The translations under genes were made by a program, and so were the position numbers. From a virus: DNA of 64,000 bases. The DNA lies in the IMG/VR virus record IMGVR_UViG_3300028840_001107; one strand, given 5' to 3'. Below the pieces are notes generated by a model. The model worked only from the letters and a program-made list of their open reading frames with translations, was not told where the DNA came from and did not search any database. Position 1 is the stretch's first letter, and every line of letters starts with the position of its first letter. This document shows, piece after piece, positions 1-6,401 of this stretch.

Positions 1-121
1 CAATCATAAGAACGTCGCACGGTAGCTTACCTCTCAATAGCACTACCTTCTTTCGAGTCTTCCAAAGCTCACACTTTTTACAGTTACTCCACTTCTTCTT
101 ATGAGTAGTCCATCGGCTCAT
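1..121 (-). CDS. Partial CDS (N-terminal ~40 aa, continues past window start): possible family-4-like uracil-DNA glycosylase
   Basis: Reverse-strand ATG at 121..119 overlaps the upstream stop (ATGA). Translation MSRWTTHKKKWSNCKKCELWKTRKKVVLLRGKLPCDVLMI resembles the CxxCxL...V.G.G....LMxxGE N-terminus of family 4 UDGs. Open at the window edge, so absent from the ORF track. Confidence 0.35.
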   Translation of the reverse strand, partial: MSRWTTHKKKWSNCKKCELWKTRKKVVLLRGKLPCDVLMI

Positions 122-345
122 TCTTCGAAACCTTCTGTAGCAAAGTTCGCTCCACACTCATCGTCTAAGATTACGTCTCCTTTGTAGGAAAACGAAACCC
201 ACGGAGAACCACAACAGCCGCAACCGCCAACGTTCATTTCTATCTCGTGTTCTTTGAGTATCTCCTTTATAGATTCGATTCTCTCTTCAACTTCTTCTTG
301 GTCCTTACACTTGCCGGTTTTGTAGGTCATCGGTTTGTTCTCCAA
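118..345 (-). CDS. Hypothetical small Cys-rich protein (75 aa)
   Basis: ORF track. Overlaps upstream and downstream genes in the same operon. GGCGCCGSPW motif, no family recognised. Confidence 0.5.
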   Translation of the reverse strand: MENKPMTYKTGKCKDQEEVEERIESIKEILKEHEIEMNVGGCGCCGSPWVSFSYKGDVILDDECGANFATEGFEE

Positions 346-812
346 CAGTACTCCGCGATGAGAAGAGCGTCACACGTCTTTAGCGTTAGCTTAGGAGCAG
401 CGTTACCGAAGTGCTGTTGGGCTGCTCCCTTAAGGAAGTTCTTCCACTGGCTACTCGTTTCGGTTTTCTTCCTAGTCCGAATACCTAAGCCCTTCATCCA
501 CTTACGTGGGACAGCTTCCTGGAAAGGAACTCCGAAAGAGATTAGACAACCGCGAATGAATCCGTAGTTGCGACCGAAGTTAAACGAGCTAGTTACGCCC
601 TGCTTAGGCATCGCGTTTACTTGTTCGAGTACCGCGCAGCATTCTTCGTCTACTACCCACTCTTCTAGAAGTTCCGCAATGTCGGTTTCAGTATCAGGCA
701 TTGGAGCTACGCCTATCTCTGAGAAGCGTAGTAGCTTAACGCTCGTATGAATACCTTCTCTTAGAAAGGCCAACCCACCACCCTTACCTGGGTCGATACC
801 GATATAAATCAT
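327..812 (-). CDS. RuvC-like Holliday junction resolvase
   Basis: N-terminal MIYIGIDPGKGGGLAFL (catalytic Asp motif), LEQVNAMPKQG (Glu), CDALLIAEY (C-terminal Asp). Size 161 aa is typical of phage RuvC. Confidence 0.75.
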   Translation of the reverse strand: MIYIGIDPGKGGGLAFLREGIHTSVKLLRFSEIGVAPMPDTETDIAELLEEWVVDEECCAVLEQVNAMPKQGVTSSFNFGRNYGFIRGCLISFGVPFQEAVPRKWMKGLGIRTRKKTETSSQWKNFLKGAAQQHFGNAAPKLTLKTCDALLIAEYCWRTNR

Positions 813-1045
813 TAGTCGTAAGCTCCTACCTGAATCGTTAGCATGTCTTCTTCGATTGTTATGCTTACCGACGTACCGCGTTCACTAGCTCTCGTACGAA
901 ACATAGCAGCCATCGCGTGTGGTTGGCATTCGAAGTCTCTATGCCGGTAGATGCTAAACGGTCTCTTTCGCTTAAACCAAGAGTCCCACGGATAGAGCGG
1001 TGCTGGACCGCGTTTACCTTTCTCTTTCTTCTGTCTTCTAATCAC
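812..1045 (-). CDS. Hypothetical protein (77 aa, basic)
   Basis: ORF track. First gene of the minus-strand block leaving the divergent control region. Stop overlaps the RuvC start. Confidence 0.5.
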   Translation of the reverse strand: MIRRQKKEKGKRGPAPLYPWDSWFKRKRPFSIYRHRDFECQPHAMAAMFRTRASERGTSVSITIEEDMLTIQVGAYD

Positions 1046-1130
1046 GGCGTTCTCCTTTGTTTAGTCTCACTAACTAATACCTAATATACCCGACCTCTAA
1101 ACGGCTAAACGTTCGCCTCTAGGTCCGCTT

Positions 1131-1193
1131 TTACGTAAGTTAGAAATCGATTATACTAATAGAGGGACGGTCTACTTACGTAAGATTACGTAA
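1131..1193. promoter_or_regulatory. Three copies of the perfect palindrome TTACGTAA (candidate operator sites) in a divergent intergenic region
   Basis: TTACGTAA at 1131-1138, 1176-1183 and 1186-1193. The last two are exactly 10 bp apart, and site 2 extends to CTTACGTAAG. A TATAAA -10-like hexamer lies at 1253-1258 upstream of the plus-strand gene at 1301. Confidence 0.45.
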
Positions 1194-1300
1194 GTAATCT
1201 AGTAGTAGAGGGCAGCCGTCTCTTCTCTCTTTACCCTCTACGCCTATTACGGTATAAATAGGTTTCTGCTATACGTACCCTAACGAAGAAGGAGCTAGTA

Positions 1301-1507
1301 ATGGTGCGAGTAGTCTCTACGGAGTTCCTAGGAGATTGTTTATCAGCCAATGAGTTAGCTGACGGTCTGCCTATGAACGAACAAGTATCGAAGCCACGTA
1401 AGAAGCGGAAAGGGACGAAACGAAAGATCAAGCTTCAAGAGACGGAGAAAGAGATTGGTTACCAGTATACCCCAGTAACGTTTAAGAAAGTCCGCAGGAG
1501 TAAGTAA
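1301..1507 (+). CDS. Hypothetical basic protein (68 aa)
   Basis: ATG preceded by GAAGGAGCTAGTA. Stop overlaps the next start (TAATG). Lys/Arg-rich. Confidence 0.55.
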   Translation: MVRVVSTEFLGDCLSANELADGLPMNEQVSKPRKKRKGTKRKIKLQETEKEIGYQYTPVTFKKVRRSK

Positions 1508-2763
1508 TGATCAAGAAAGTAGCGAACGGAAAGAAAACGGAAGCAACAGCTACGGCGAAACGGAGCCCACGTAAGAAGGAGTCCACTACATCAAAAACGT
1601 CGTCAACCCCTAAACGAAAGAGCAGCGGTAAGTCTAAAGCGAAGTCCGACGAGAGAGAGGTTGTCTATCCTCAAGTCGAACTCATGGTAGCGGATACTGA
1701 TGATCCGTTAACCGTAGACAAAGCTAAGAAGCTGCTCGGATGGAAGCAGGAAACTGATATCGACAAGTGGACTAACGATTATCTCTTCAAGCTTGATAGC
1801 GGCAAGAAGGTACGTTGTCTTAACAATCCTACTAACCGCCCTCTTCAACTAGGACGGGTTAAAGTTCTCGTTCAGGAGATACTTCAAAAGCGTTGGAGGC
1901 TAAACGGTGAACCGATTATCCTGGGGAAAACCGGCACGCTTCTTAACGGTCAGCATACTCTTATTGCTCTCATCTTAGCCGCAGAGAAGTGGGAGAAAAA
2001 CTCAGACGCTACGAAGTGGGATGAAGAACCTTGGCTAGAGAAAGTTATCGTCGCAGGTATCGACGAGTCCGACGAAACCGTCAATACGATGGATACGTGT
2101 AAGCCACGATCTATCTCGGACGTACTTTACCGCAGCGAGTTCTTTGCGGGTATCTCTAAGAAAGATCGCAACACGCTATCTAAGATGGCTGGTAACGCAG
2201 TACGTATCATGTGGGATCGAACCAGAGCTAAAGATGATGCGTTCGCTCCTATCCGTACCGTCTCTGAATCGGTTGACTTTTTAGAACGCCATCCAAAGCT
2301 CGTTGACGCCGTTAAGTTCGTCTACGAAGAAGACGGTAGTGAAGGAAAGGTATCACGTTTCGTTTCTCCCGGTTACGCAGCTGGCTTACTCTACCTCATG
2401 GGCGTTAGTAGCACGTCTGAAGATACGGAGTACGGAACTACTCCGGAAGAAACGAAAGAGACAACTCTCAACTTAGATCGTTGGGAGCAGGCAGAAGAGT
2501 TTTGGACGTTACTGGCTGGAGGTTCGTCGGACCTCTCCGCCGTTAAGCACGCACTGGCGGTGATGATCGAAGACGAGTATGGCGTATCGTTAAAGGAACG
2601 TCTAACGCTCATCGTCAAAGCGTGGAATACTTGGATAGCCGGTAAGAAGGTTACGGAGTCCGCAATCAGCTTAGACTACGAAACTGACGAGCACGGAATC
2701 CCCTGGCTAGTCGACTCTTCCAATCTAGGCGGCATCGACTTCGGACTAGAAAACGCCGAATAA
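1507..2763 (+). CDS. ParB/sulfiredoxin-like N-terminal domain protein with Lys/Ser/Thr-rich basic tail
   Basis: NRPLQLGRVKVLVQEILQKRWRLNGEPIILGKTGTLLNGQHTLIAL matches the ParB-like nuclease domain pattern (R...V..L...I.....PI......L.dGqHr..A). The first ~55 aa are a K/S/T-rich low-complexity tail. Confidence 0.6.
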   Translation: MIKKVANGKKTEATATAKRSPRKKESTTSKTSSTPKRKSSGKSKAKSDEREVVYPQVELMVADTDDPLTVDKAKKLLGWKQETDIDKWTNDYLFKLDSGKKVRCLNNPTNRPLQLGRVKVLVQEILQKRWRLNGEPIILGKTGTLLNGQHTLIALILAAEKWEKNSDATKWDEEPWLEKVIVAGIDESDETVNTMDTCKPRSISDVLYRSEFFAGISKKDRNTLSKMAGNAVRIMWDRTRAKDDAFAPIRTVSESVDFLERHPKLVDAVKFVYEEDGSEGKVSRFVSPGYAAGLLYLMGVSSTSEDTEYGTTPEETKETTLNLDRWEQAEEFWTLLAGGSSDLSAVKHALAVMIEDEYGVSLKERLTLIVKAWNTWIAGKKVTESAISLDYETDEHGIPWLVDSSNLGGIDFGLENAE

Positions 2764-2816
2764 CTTCTAGACTCTCCTCAGGATACGCTCGAAACGGGTA
2801 AAACCGCCCTACGAAT

Positions 2817-2859
2817 ACCGCCGAAAACCTCTTGTTTTAAGGTCTCCGGTGGTTTTTTT
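2817..2859 (+). terminator. Rho-independent terminator candidate after the ParB-like gene
   Basis: ACCGCCG (2817-2823) pairs with CGGTGGT (2847-2853, one G-U), with an inner AAAAC/GTTTT stem, followed by seven T (2853-2859). Confidence 0.55.
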
Positions 2860-2879
2860 CGTAAAATCTCGACTTTTTT

Positions 2880-3440
2880 ACCCGTTACGGGCGTAGTTCG
2901 CTTTACGAAAGTCGATAAATAGACTAACCTCTTAGTAGTCGGTTAGCTCTTTGATAACTTAAACGGCCTGAGACGGAAACGGAAACTTTCCTGAGCGTAC
3001 TTAGACCTAACGTCGAGACGACTGTTAGTGCTCCTTTGAGAAAGCCAACCGGAATACTCAGCCCCGATCACCGGATTCTACCCGGAACGATTCGGAAAGC
3101 AAACTAAGAAGTAGCCCATAGGGGTTACTTCGGTTAGACCTAACCTACCGCCGGATGAGGCGGGTTACTCTCTCGGACTTCTTCCGACTAAGAAGCTCAA
3201 GTAGCTACCAGAGTCAACGACGGGCTAAGTCGAGTCCTTACCATACGACGACGACTAAGCTCAACGAGACTACGCGAAACAGTAGAGAGTAATGCTAACC
3301 GAAGACGCAAGCTGACGAGCTTGGGGCTACTTCGCCTACGCCGAACTAAGGCACTGGATTACTACGGTAAGTCCTACTTGGTTCGGAACGGGTTGGTGGG
3401 GATTGGTACCCTACCCTGACGAGTAACCAAACGAAACCCG
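2880..3440 (+). other. Long ORF-free region with several stable hairpins (candidate structured non-coding RNA or cis-element)
   Basis: No ORF of 60 aa or more on either strand between 2764 and 3452. 10 bp hairpin at 3108-3131 (GAAGTAGCCC-ATAG-GGGTTACTTC), CCGCC/GGCGG hairpin at 3148-3163, CAAGCT-GACG-AGCTTG near 3308-3323, and TTAGACCTAAC repeated at 3001 and 3134. Confidence 0.3.
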
Positions 3441-3452
3441 AAGGAGATAGTA

Positions 3453-3659
3453 ATGACAACGAGAAAGCTAAGACGTTACGTAGAGAGAATTGACAAACGA
3501 ACTTTTCGCTACGGTAGCTGGACTATCGTGAAATGGTCTCGTTGTAATAACGAAGTTATTTGGATTGCAACTATCGGCAATGCAATGCGGATTGAAGTTA
3601 AGAGCGAAGTGATGGGGTGTATCCTAGATCGAATCGACCAAGCAGGCAAAGATAACTAA
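3453..3659 (+). CDS. Hypothetical protein (68 aa)
   Basis: ATG preceded by GAAGGAGATAGTA. ORF track. Confidence 0.55.
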   Translation: MTTRKLRRYVERIDKRTFRYGSWTIVKWSRCNNEVIWIATIGNAMRIEVKSEVMGCILDRIDQAGKDN

Positions 3660-3670
3660 GGAGATAAACA

Positions 3671-3873
3671 ATGAGTCGCAAGACTAACGAGACCGAAGAG
3701 ACGACTGGCTGACCGAAGACGTTACGACTATCTACCTTCAGCAGCAAGCTACCGGACTCTATACCGTTCTGACGGACTGCCGCTTGGTAGCCCAGATGAA
3801 GACTATCGAGTTGGTAGCCGAAGCCTTTCAGGCCGGTTGGGGTATGCGGACATTCGACGAAGATAACGAGTAG
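3671..3873 (+). pseudogene. Split small ORF: 13-codon ORF with strong RBS followed by a start-less 61-codon ORF in the -1 frame
   Basis: AGGAGATAAACA-ATG at 3671 stops at 3710-3712. The frame opening at 3688 reads ...DWLTEDVTTIYLQQQATGLYTVLTDCRLVAQMKTIELVAEAFQAGWGMRTFDEDNE* (stop 3871-3873) with no ATG/GTG near its 5' end. Could be an indel, recoding, or two unrelated ORFs. Confidence 0.3.
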
Positions 3874-3883
3874 GAGAAACGAG

Positions 3884-4099
3884 ATGGAAACTAAAGTAGT
3901 CAACTTTAACGGTGGTCGGATCGAGCGAAGAGTAATCAGTCGCCCAGTGTATATCAGGCAAGGTAGGAACAAGGGATGGCGAGACCGAACGGTTGTATGT
4001 TGGGTTGCTTATGATCGTAACGGTAACTTTTTGAGGAGCAAGGATAAAGGTCGTACACTGCGGGGGGCTAAAGCTGCTATCACCCGTGCCCACGAGTAG
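3884..4099 (+). CDS. Hypothetical protein (71 aa)
   Basis: ATG preceded by GTAGGAGAAACGAG, the identical 17-mer context seen again at 4122. Confidence 0.55.
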   Translation: METKVVNFNGGRIERRVISRPVYIRQGRNKGWRDRTVVCWVAYDRNGNFLRSKDKGRTLRGAKAAITRAHE

Positions 4100-4121
4100 T
4101 AATCAGCGTAGGAGAAACGAG

Positions 4122-4325
4122 ATGAGAACGATCACGGAGACAGGCTGCGCTCTCCAGGCGGTACGAAAAGTAAAACAGAACTTCCTACACGTCGTAGGAA
4201 AGCACGACACAGTAACTATCCCAATTACGAAGCTCCAAGCCAGAGAGATTTTGATGTCGGAAGTCGGAATAGAAGTAAGAGTAAACGACTCTGGTACTCG
4301 TGCCTACTTGGACCAGCAAATCTAG
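4122..4325 (+). CDS. Hypothetical protein (67 aa; start moved to the RBS-supported ATG)
   Basis: Track ORF is 4086..4325. The internal ATG at 4122 is preceded by GTAGGAGAAACGAG. Confidence 0.55.
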   Translation: MRTITETGCALQAVRKVKQNFLHVVGKHDTVTIPITKLQAREILMSEVGIEVRVNDSGTRAYLDQQI

Positions 4326-4335
4326 GAGAAGTAAG

Positions 4336-4437
4336 ATGACTGTTGGACTTCTTATCGCGTTAGGCGTCGCAATCGTTGCCGGGTTCATCGGTTGCGTCGT
4401 AGCTATCGGTTGTATCATCGAAGACGTAGACGATTAG
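4336..4437 (+). CDS. 33 aa single-pass membrane miniprotein
   Basis: CTAGGAGAAGTAAG-ATG. MTVGLLIALGVAIVAGFIGCVVAIGCIIEDVDD is a hydrophobic helix plus an acidic tail. Below the track cutoff. Confidence 0.4.
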   Translation: MTVGLLIALGVAIVAGFIGCVVAIGCIIEDVDD

Positions 4438-4447
4438 GAGAGAAGAA

Positions 4448-4753
4448 ATGAATACTGACGTCGAGTATATCGTACTCTACGGTCAACACGACCTGGGTAG
4501 CAAAGGCGGCAGGTTTCGTAGGAACGGTTTCGAGAACGCTCTACGCTCCGCCGAACTAATGAAGGAGTGTGGTTACCAGGCAGTGGTTATCGAAAACTGT
4601 TGTCAAGTTTGCGGAGAAGTCGCTACGTGTTTTCCTCCGACCCAGCTAGTGTCGGGTTACGAAGATCCAGAGGGTTTCGTTAACCTCTGCGACTCGTGCG
4701 CTAAAAACGACGACATCGACCCCAACGAGTATCGAGAAGAGAGAGAATTTTAA
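4448..4753 (+). CDS. Hypothetical Cys-rich protein (101 aa)
   Basis: TAGGAGAGAAGAA-ATG. CCQVCGE...CDSC is a possible zinc-binding pair. Confidence 0.6.
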   Translation: MNTDVEYIVLYGQHDLGSKGGRFRRNGFENALRSAELMKECGYQAVVIENCCQVCGEVATCFPPTQLVSGYEDPEGFVNLCDSCAKNDDIDPNEYREEREF

Positions 4754-4767
4754 CGGAGACCGGAAGC

Positions 4768-4851
4768 ATGGAAGCTCTACTCATCGTACTAACTATCACG
4801 GCGGTCATTGGTACCGCCGTCTTCGCTTACTTAGTCCTGAAGGAGAACTAG
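4768..4851 (+). CDS. 27 aa membrane miniprotein
   Basis: MEALLIVLTITAVIGTAVFAYLVLKEN. GGAG lies 9 nt upstream. Below the track cutoff. Confidence 0.35.
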   Translation: MEALLIVLTITAVIGTAVFAYLVLKEN

Positions 4852-4924
4852 AATGGCTATCCAAACTCGAACGCTGGAAGAAGCGTTTCCCAGCGATAAA
4901 CAATTTGGATTTTAGGAGAGTCCG

Positions 4925-5113
4925 ATGCGCCAACAGTACACCGTTCGCGAAGCAGCTAAGATTTTGAACGTCTCCCCCAGTTCCGTACGCCACGCGTGCG
5001 AGACTAAACGTCTTAAGGCTTATCGCATGCCCGGTAGCTTGGACGACTATCGTATCCTCAAAAAGGATCTGGCCGACTACTACACTAAATACAGAACAAG
5101 AGGAGTCCGATGA
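4925..5113 (+). CDS. Excisionase/MerR-type helix-turn-helix DNA-binding protein
   Basis: YTVREAAKILNVSPSSVRHACETKRLKAYRMPG...YRI matches the excisionase-family HTH_17 pattern. RBS is TAGGAGAGTCCG. Confidence 0.65.
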   Translation: MRQQYTVREAAKILNVSPSSVRHACETKRLKAYRMPGSLDDYRILKKDLADYYTKYRTRGVR

Positions 5114-5382
5114 AACGAGTACTCAAAGCAGACGTCATTCAGTTAGCCTGTCTCAAACGACAGATCAAACGACTCCAAGCCCAAGAGAAGGAGTTAACCG
5201 CCAAGCTCATCGAAGCCTTACCAGAAGGAGAGACGGTAATCAGAGACCGTTACGAAGTCCGTTGGACGTACGTATCCGGTCAACCGAAGGTTAAGGATGC
5301 CTTCATCGAAGCGTTAGGAGAAGAAGCCTATGAAGCACTACCGCGTACCGAATACCCTAGACTCTCGATCAAAGGAGTGTAG
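5110..5382 (+). CDS. Hypothetical protein (90 aa)
   Basis: ORF track. ATGA overlap with the upstream gene. Confidence 0.6.
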   Translation: MKRVLKADVIQLACLKRQIKRLQAQEKELTAKLIEALPEGETVIRDRYEVRWTYVSGQPKVKDAFIEALGEEAYEALPRTEYPRLSIKGV

Positions 5383-5384
5383 TC

Positions 5385-5687
5385 ATGATTATCTCTGGGA
5401 CCCTGTCGATAACCGTTCCCCAAGCAGACTACGACAACTTCAAATACTGCGTAGGTCTGATTCTAGATAGGACGCTATCCGAAGCCAAGATGGTAGGAGA
5501 ATGGAAGTCTAGGTTAGACGTTGCCGTTGACGCCGAAACCGTACGTATCATCGTTTGGTGTAAAGACGTAGGAGCTTACAACGGAAAGTATGCAGAAGAG
5601 AGGCACGCCAAAGACGAGCAATTCATCTGCGGTATTCTCAGCTTCATTTTCACTCTACTCACAACGGAAGGAACAACCAATGGTTAA
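5385..5687 (+). CDS. Hypothetical protein (100 aa)
   Basis: ORF track. Tightly packed in the operon. Confidence 0.55.
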   Translation: MIISGTLSITVPQADYDNFKYCVGLILDRTLSEAKMVGEWKSRLDVAVDAETVRIIVWCKDVGAYNGKYAEERHAKDEQFICGILSFIFTLLTTEGTTNG

Positions 5688-6012
5688 TATCGACGAAGAC
5701 AAGCTCCGTATGTTTCGGATGTACGATGCGGATCTATACCGCCGTATCGAGAACTTGGCTCCGGAAAATCTCATCGTAGAGACGATGAAGAACGTAACAG
5801 ACAGAGAGTGGACTGCCGTAGCTACTTACATCGGAGATACGGTAAGCGTTTGTATTACCTGTCTCGAAACCCCAGACCCAAAGAGCGGTCTTGAGTTTAT
5901 TACTTCCATGGCGGAAGTCACCTACTGGAAGTATATCCTTGAGGGTATCCTCGAAACCATCGACGTTATCCACGAGCGTATGCAACAACAAATTACGCAG
6001 GAGTCTAACTAA
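5680..6012 (+). CDS. Hypothetical protein (110 aa; start at MVNIDEDK)
   Basis: Track ORF is 5590..6012. The ATG at 5680 overlaps the upstream stop (ATGGTTAA) and follows GGAAGGAACAACCA. Confidence 0.55.
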   Translation: MVNIDEDKLRMFRMYDADLYRRIENLAPENLIVETMKNVTDREWTAVATYIGDTVSVCITCLETPDPKSGLEFITSMAEVTYWKYILEGILETIDVIHERMQQQITQESN

Positions 6013-6013
6013 G

Positions 6014-6190
6014 ATGGTAACGTTTGAAGCCGACACCGTTCAAGTAGAGTTTCGCGAAGCTCCCGGTGGCCTAAGAGGTAGGGTTCAAGTTCGTATCTAC
6101 TTGGACGGTGGAGAAGAAGAACTACAGATCAATAACGTCCGACTCCTAAATCTAGATGGAGTTTGGGTACATACGAAGGATAAAGACTAA
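6014..6190 (+). CDS. Hypothetical protein (58 aa; MVTFEADTVQVEF...)
   Basis: Track ORF is 5891..6190. The ATG at 6014 lies 2 nt after the upstream stop. Confidence 0.45.
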   Translation: MVTFEADTVQVEFREAPGGLRGRVQVRIYLDGGEEELQINNVRLLNLDGVWVHTKDKD

Positions 6191-6387
6191 TGAAACCAAG
6201 TGAAGCCGCAGCGATAATCGGCTGCGATGAAAGTCACGTCCGTCGTCTTATTCGAGAAGGTAGTATGGAAGCTACCTACATCGAAGTCAACGGTCGTAAG
6301 TTCTACGACGTAACGATGCGAGAGACAAAGCGTGTACGGGATAACGTATCCAATAGAGGTCGTGCCCGTGGTCCGTTAGAAAACTAG
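6190..6387 (+). CDS. Excisionase-type HTH DNA-binding protein
   Basis: MKPSEAAAIIGCDESHVRRLIREGSMEATYIEVNGRKFY fits the HTH_17 pattern. TAATG overlap (stop TAA 6188-6190, start ATG 6190-6192) with the upstream gene. Confidence 0.6.
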   Translation: MKPSEAAAIIGCDESHVRRLIREGSMEATYIEVNGRKFYDVTMRETKRVRDNVSNRGRARGPLEN

Positions 6388-6401
6388 TTAGGAGAAGTCC
6401 G

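Noticed and set aside
247-567. 106 aa plus-strand ORF overlapping the RuvC-like and 75 aa genes
   Set aside because: It is antisense to an ORF with clear RuvC catalytic motifs, and it has no RBS.
3340-3420. Possible tRNA: a GGTTCGGAACG segment resembling a T-arm in the non-coding region
   Set aside because: I could not fold an acceptor stem, D-arm or anticodon arm around it. No cloverleaf is supported.
3598-4093. Minus-strand ORFs 3598-3972 and 3803-4093 in the early block
   Set aside because: All RBS-supported genes here are on the plus strand. These ORFs overlap them and have a hydrophobic/Leu-Ser-Arg-rich shadow composition.
4925-6387. The two excisionase-type HTH proteins could imply a temperate lifestyle or an integration module
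   Set aside because: No integrase, recombinase, attachment site or CI-like repressor is visible in this window. The HTH_17 fold is common in lytic phage regulators.
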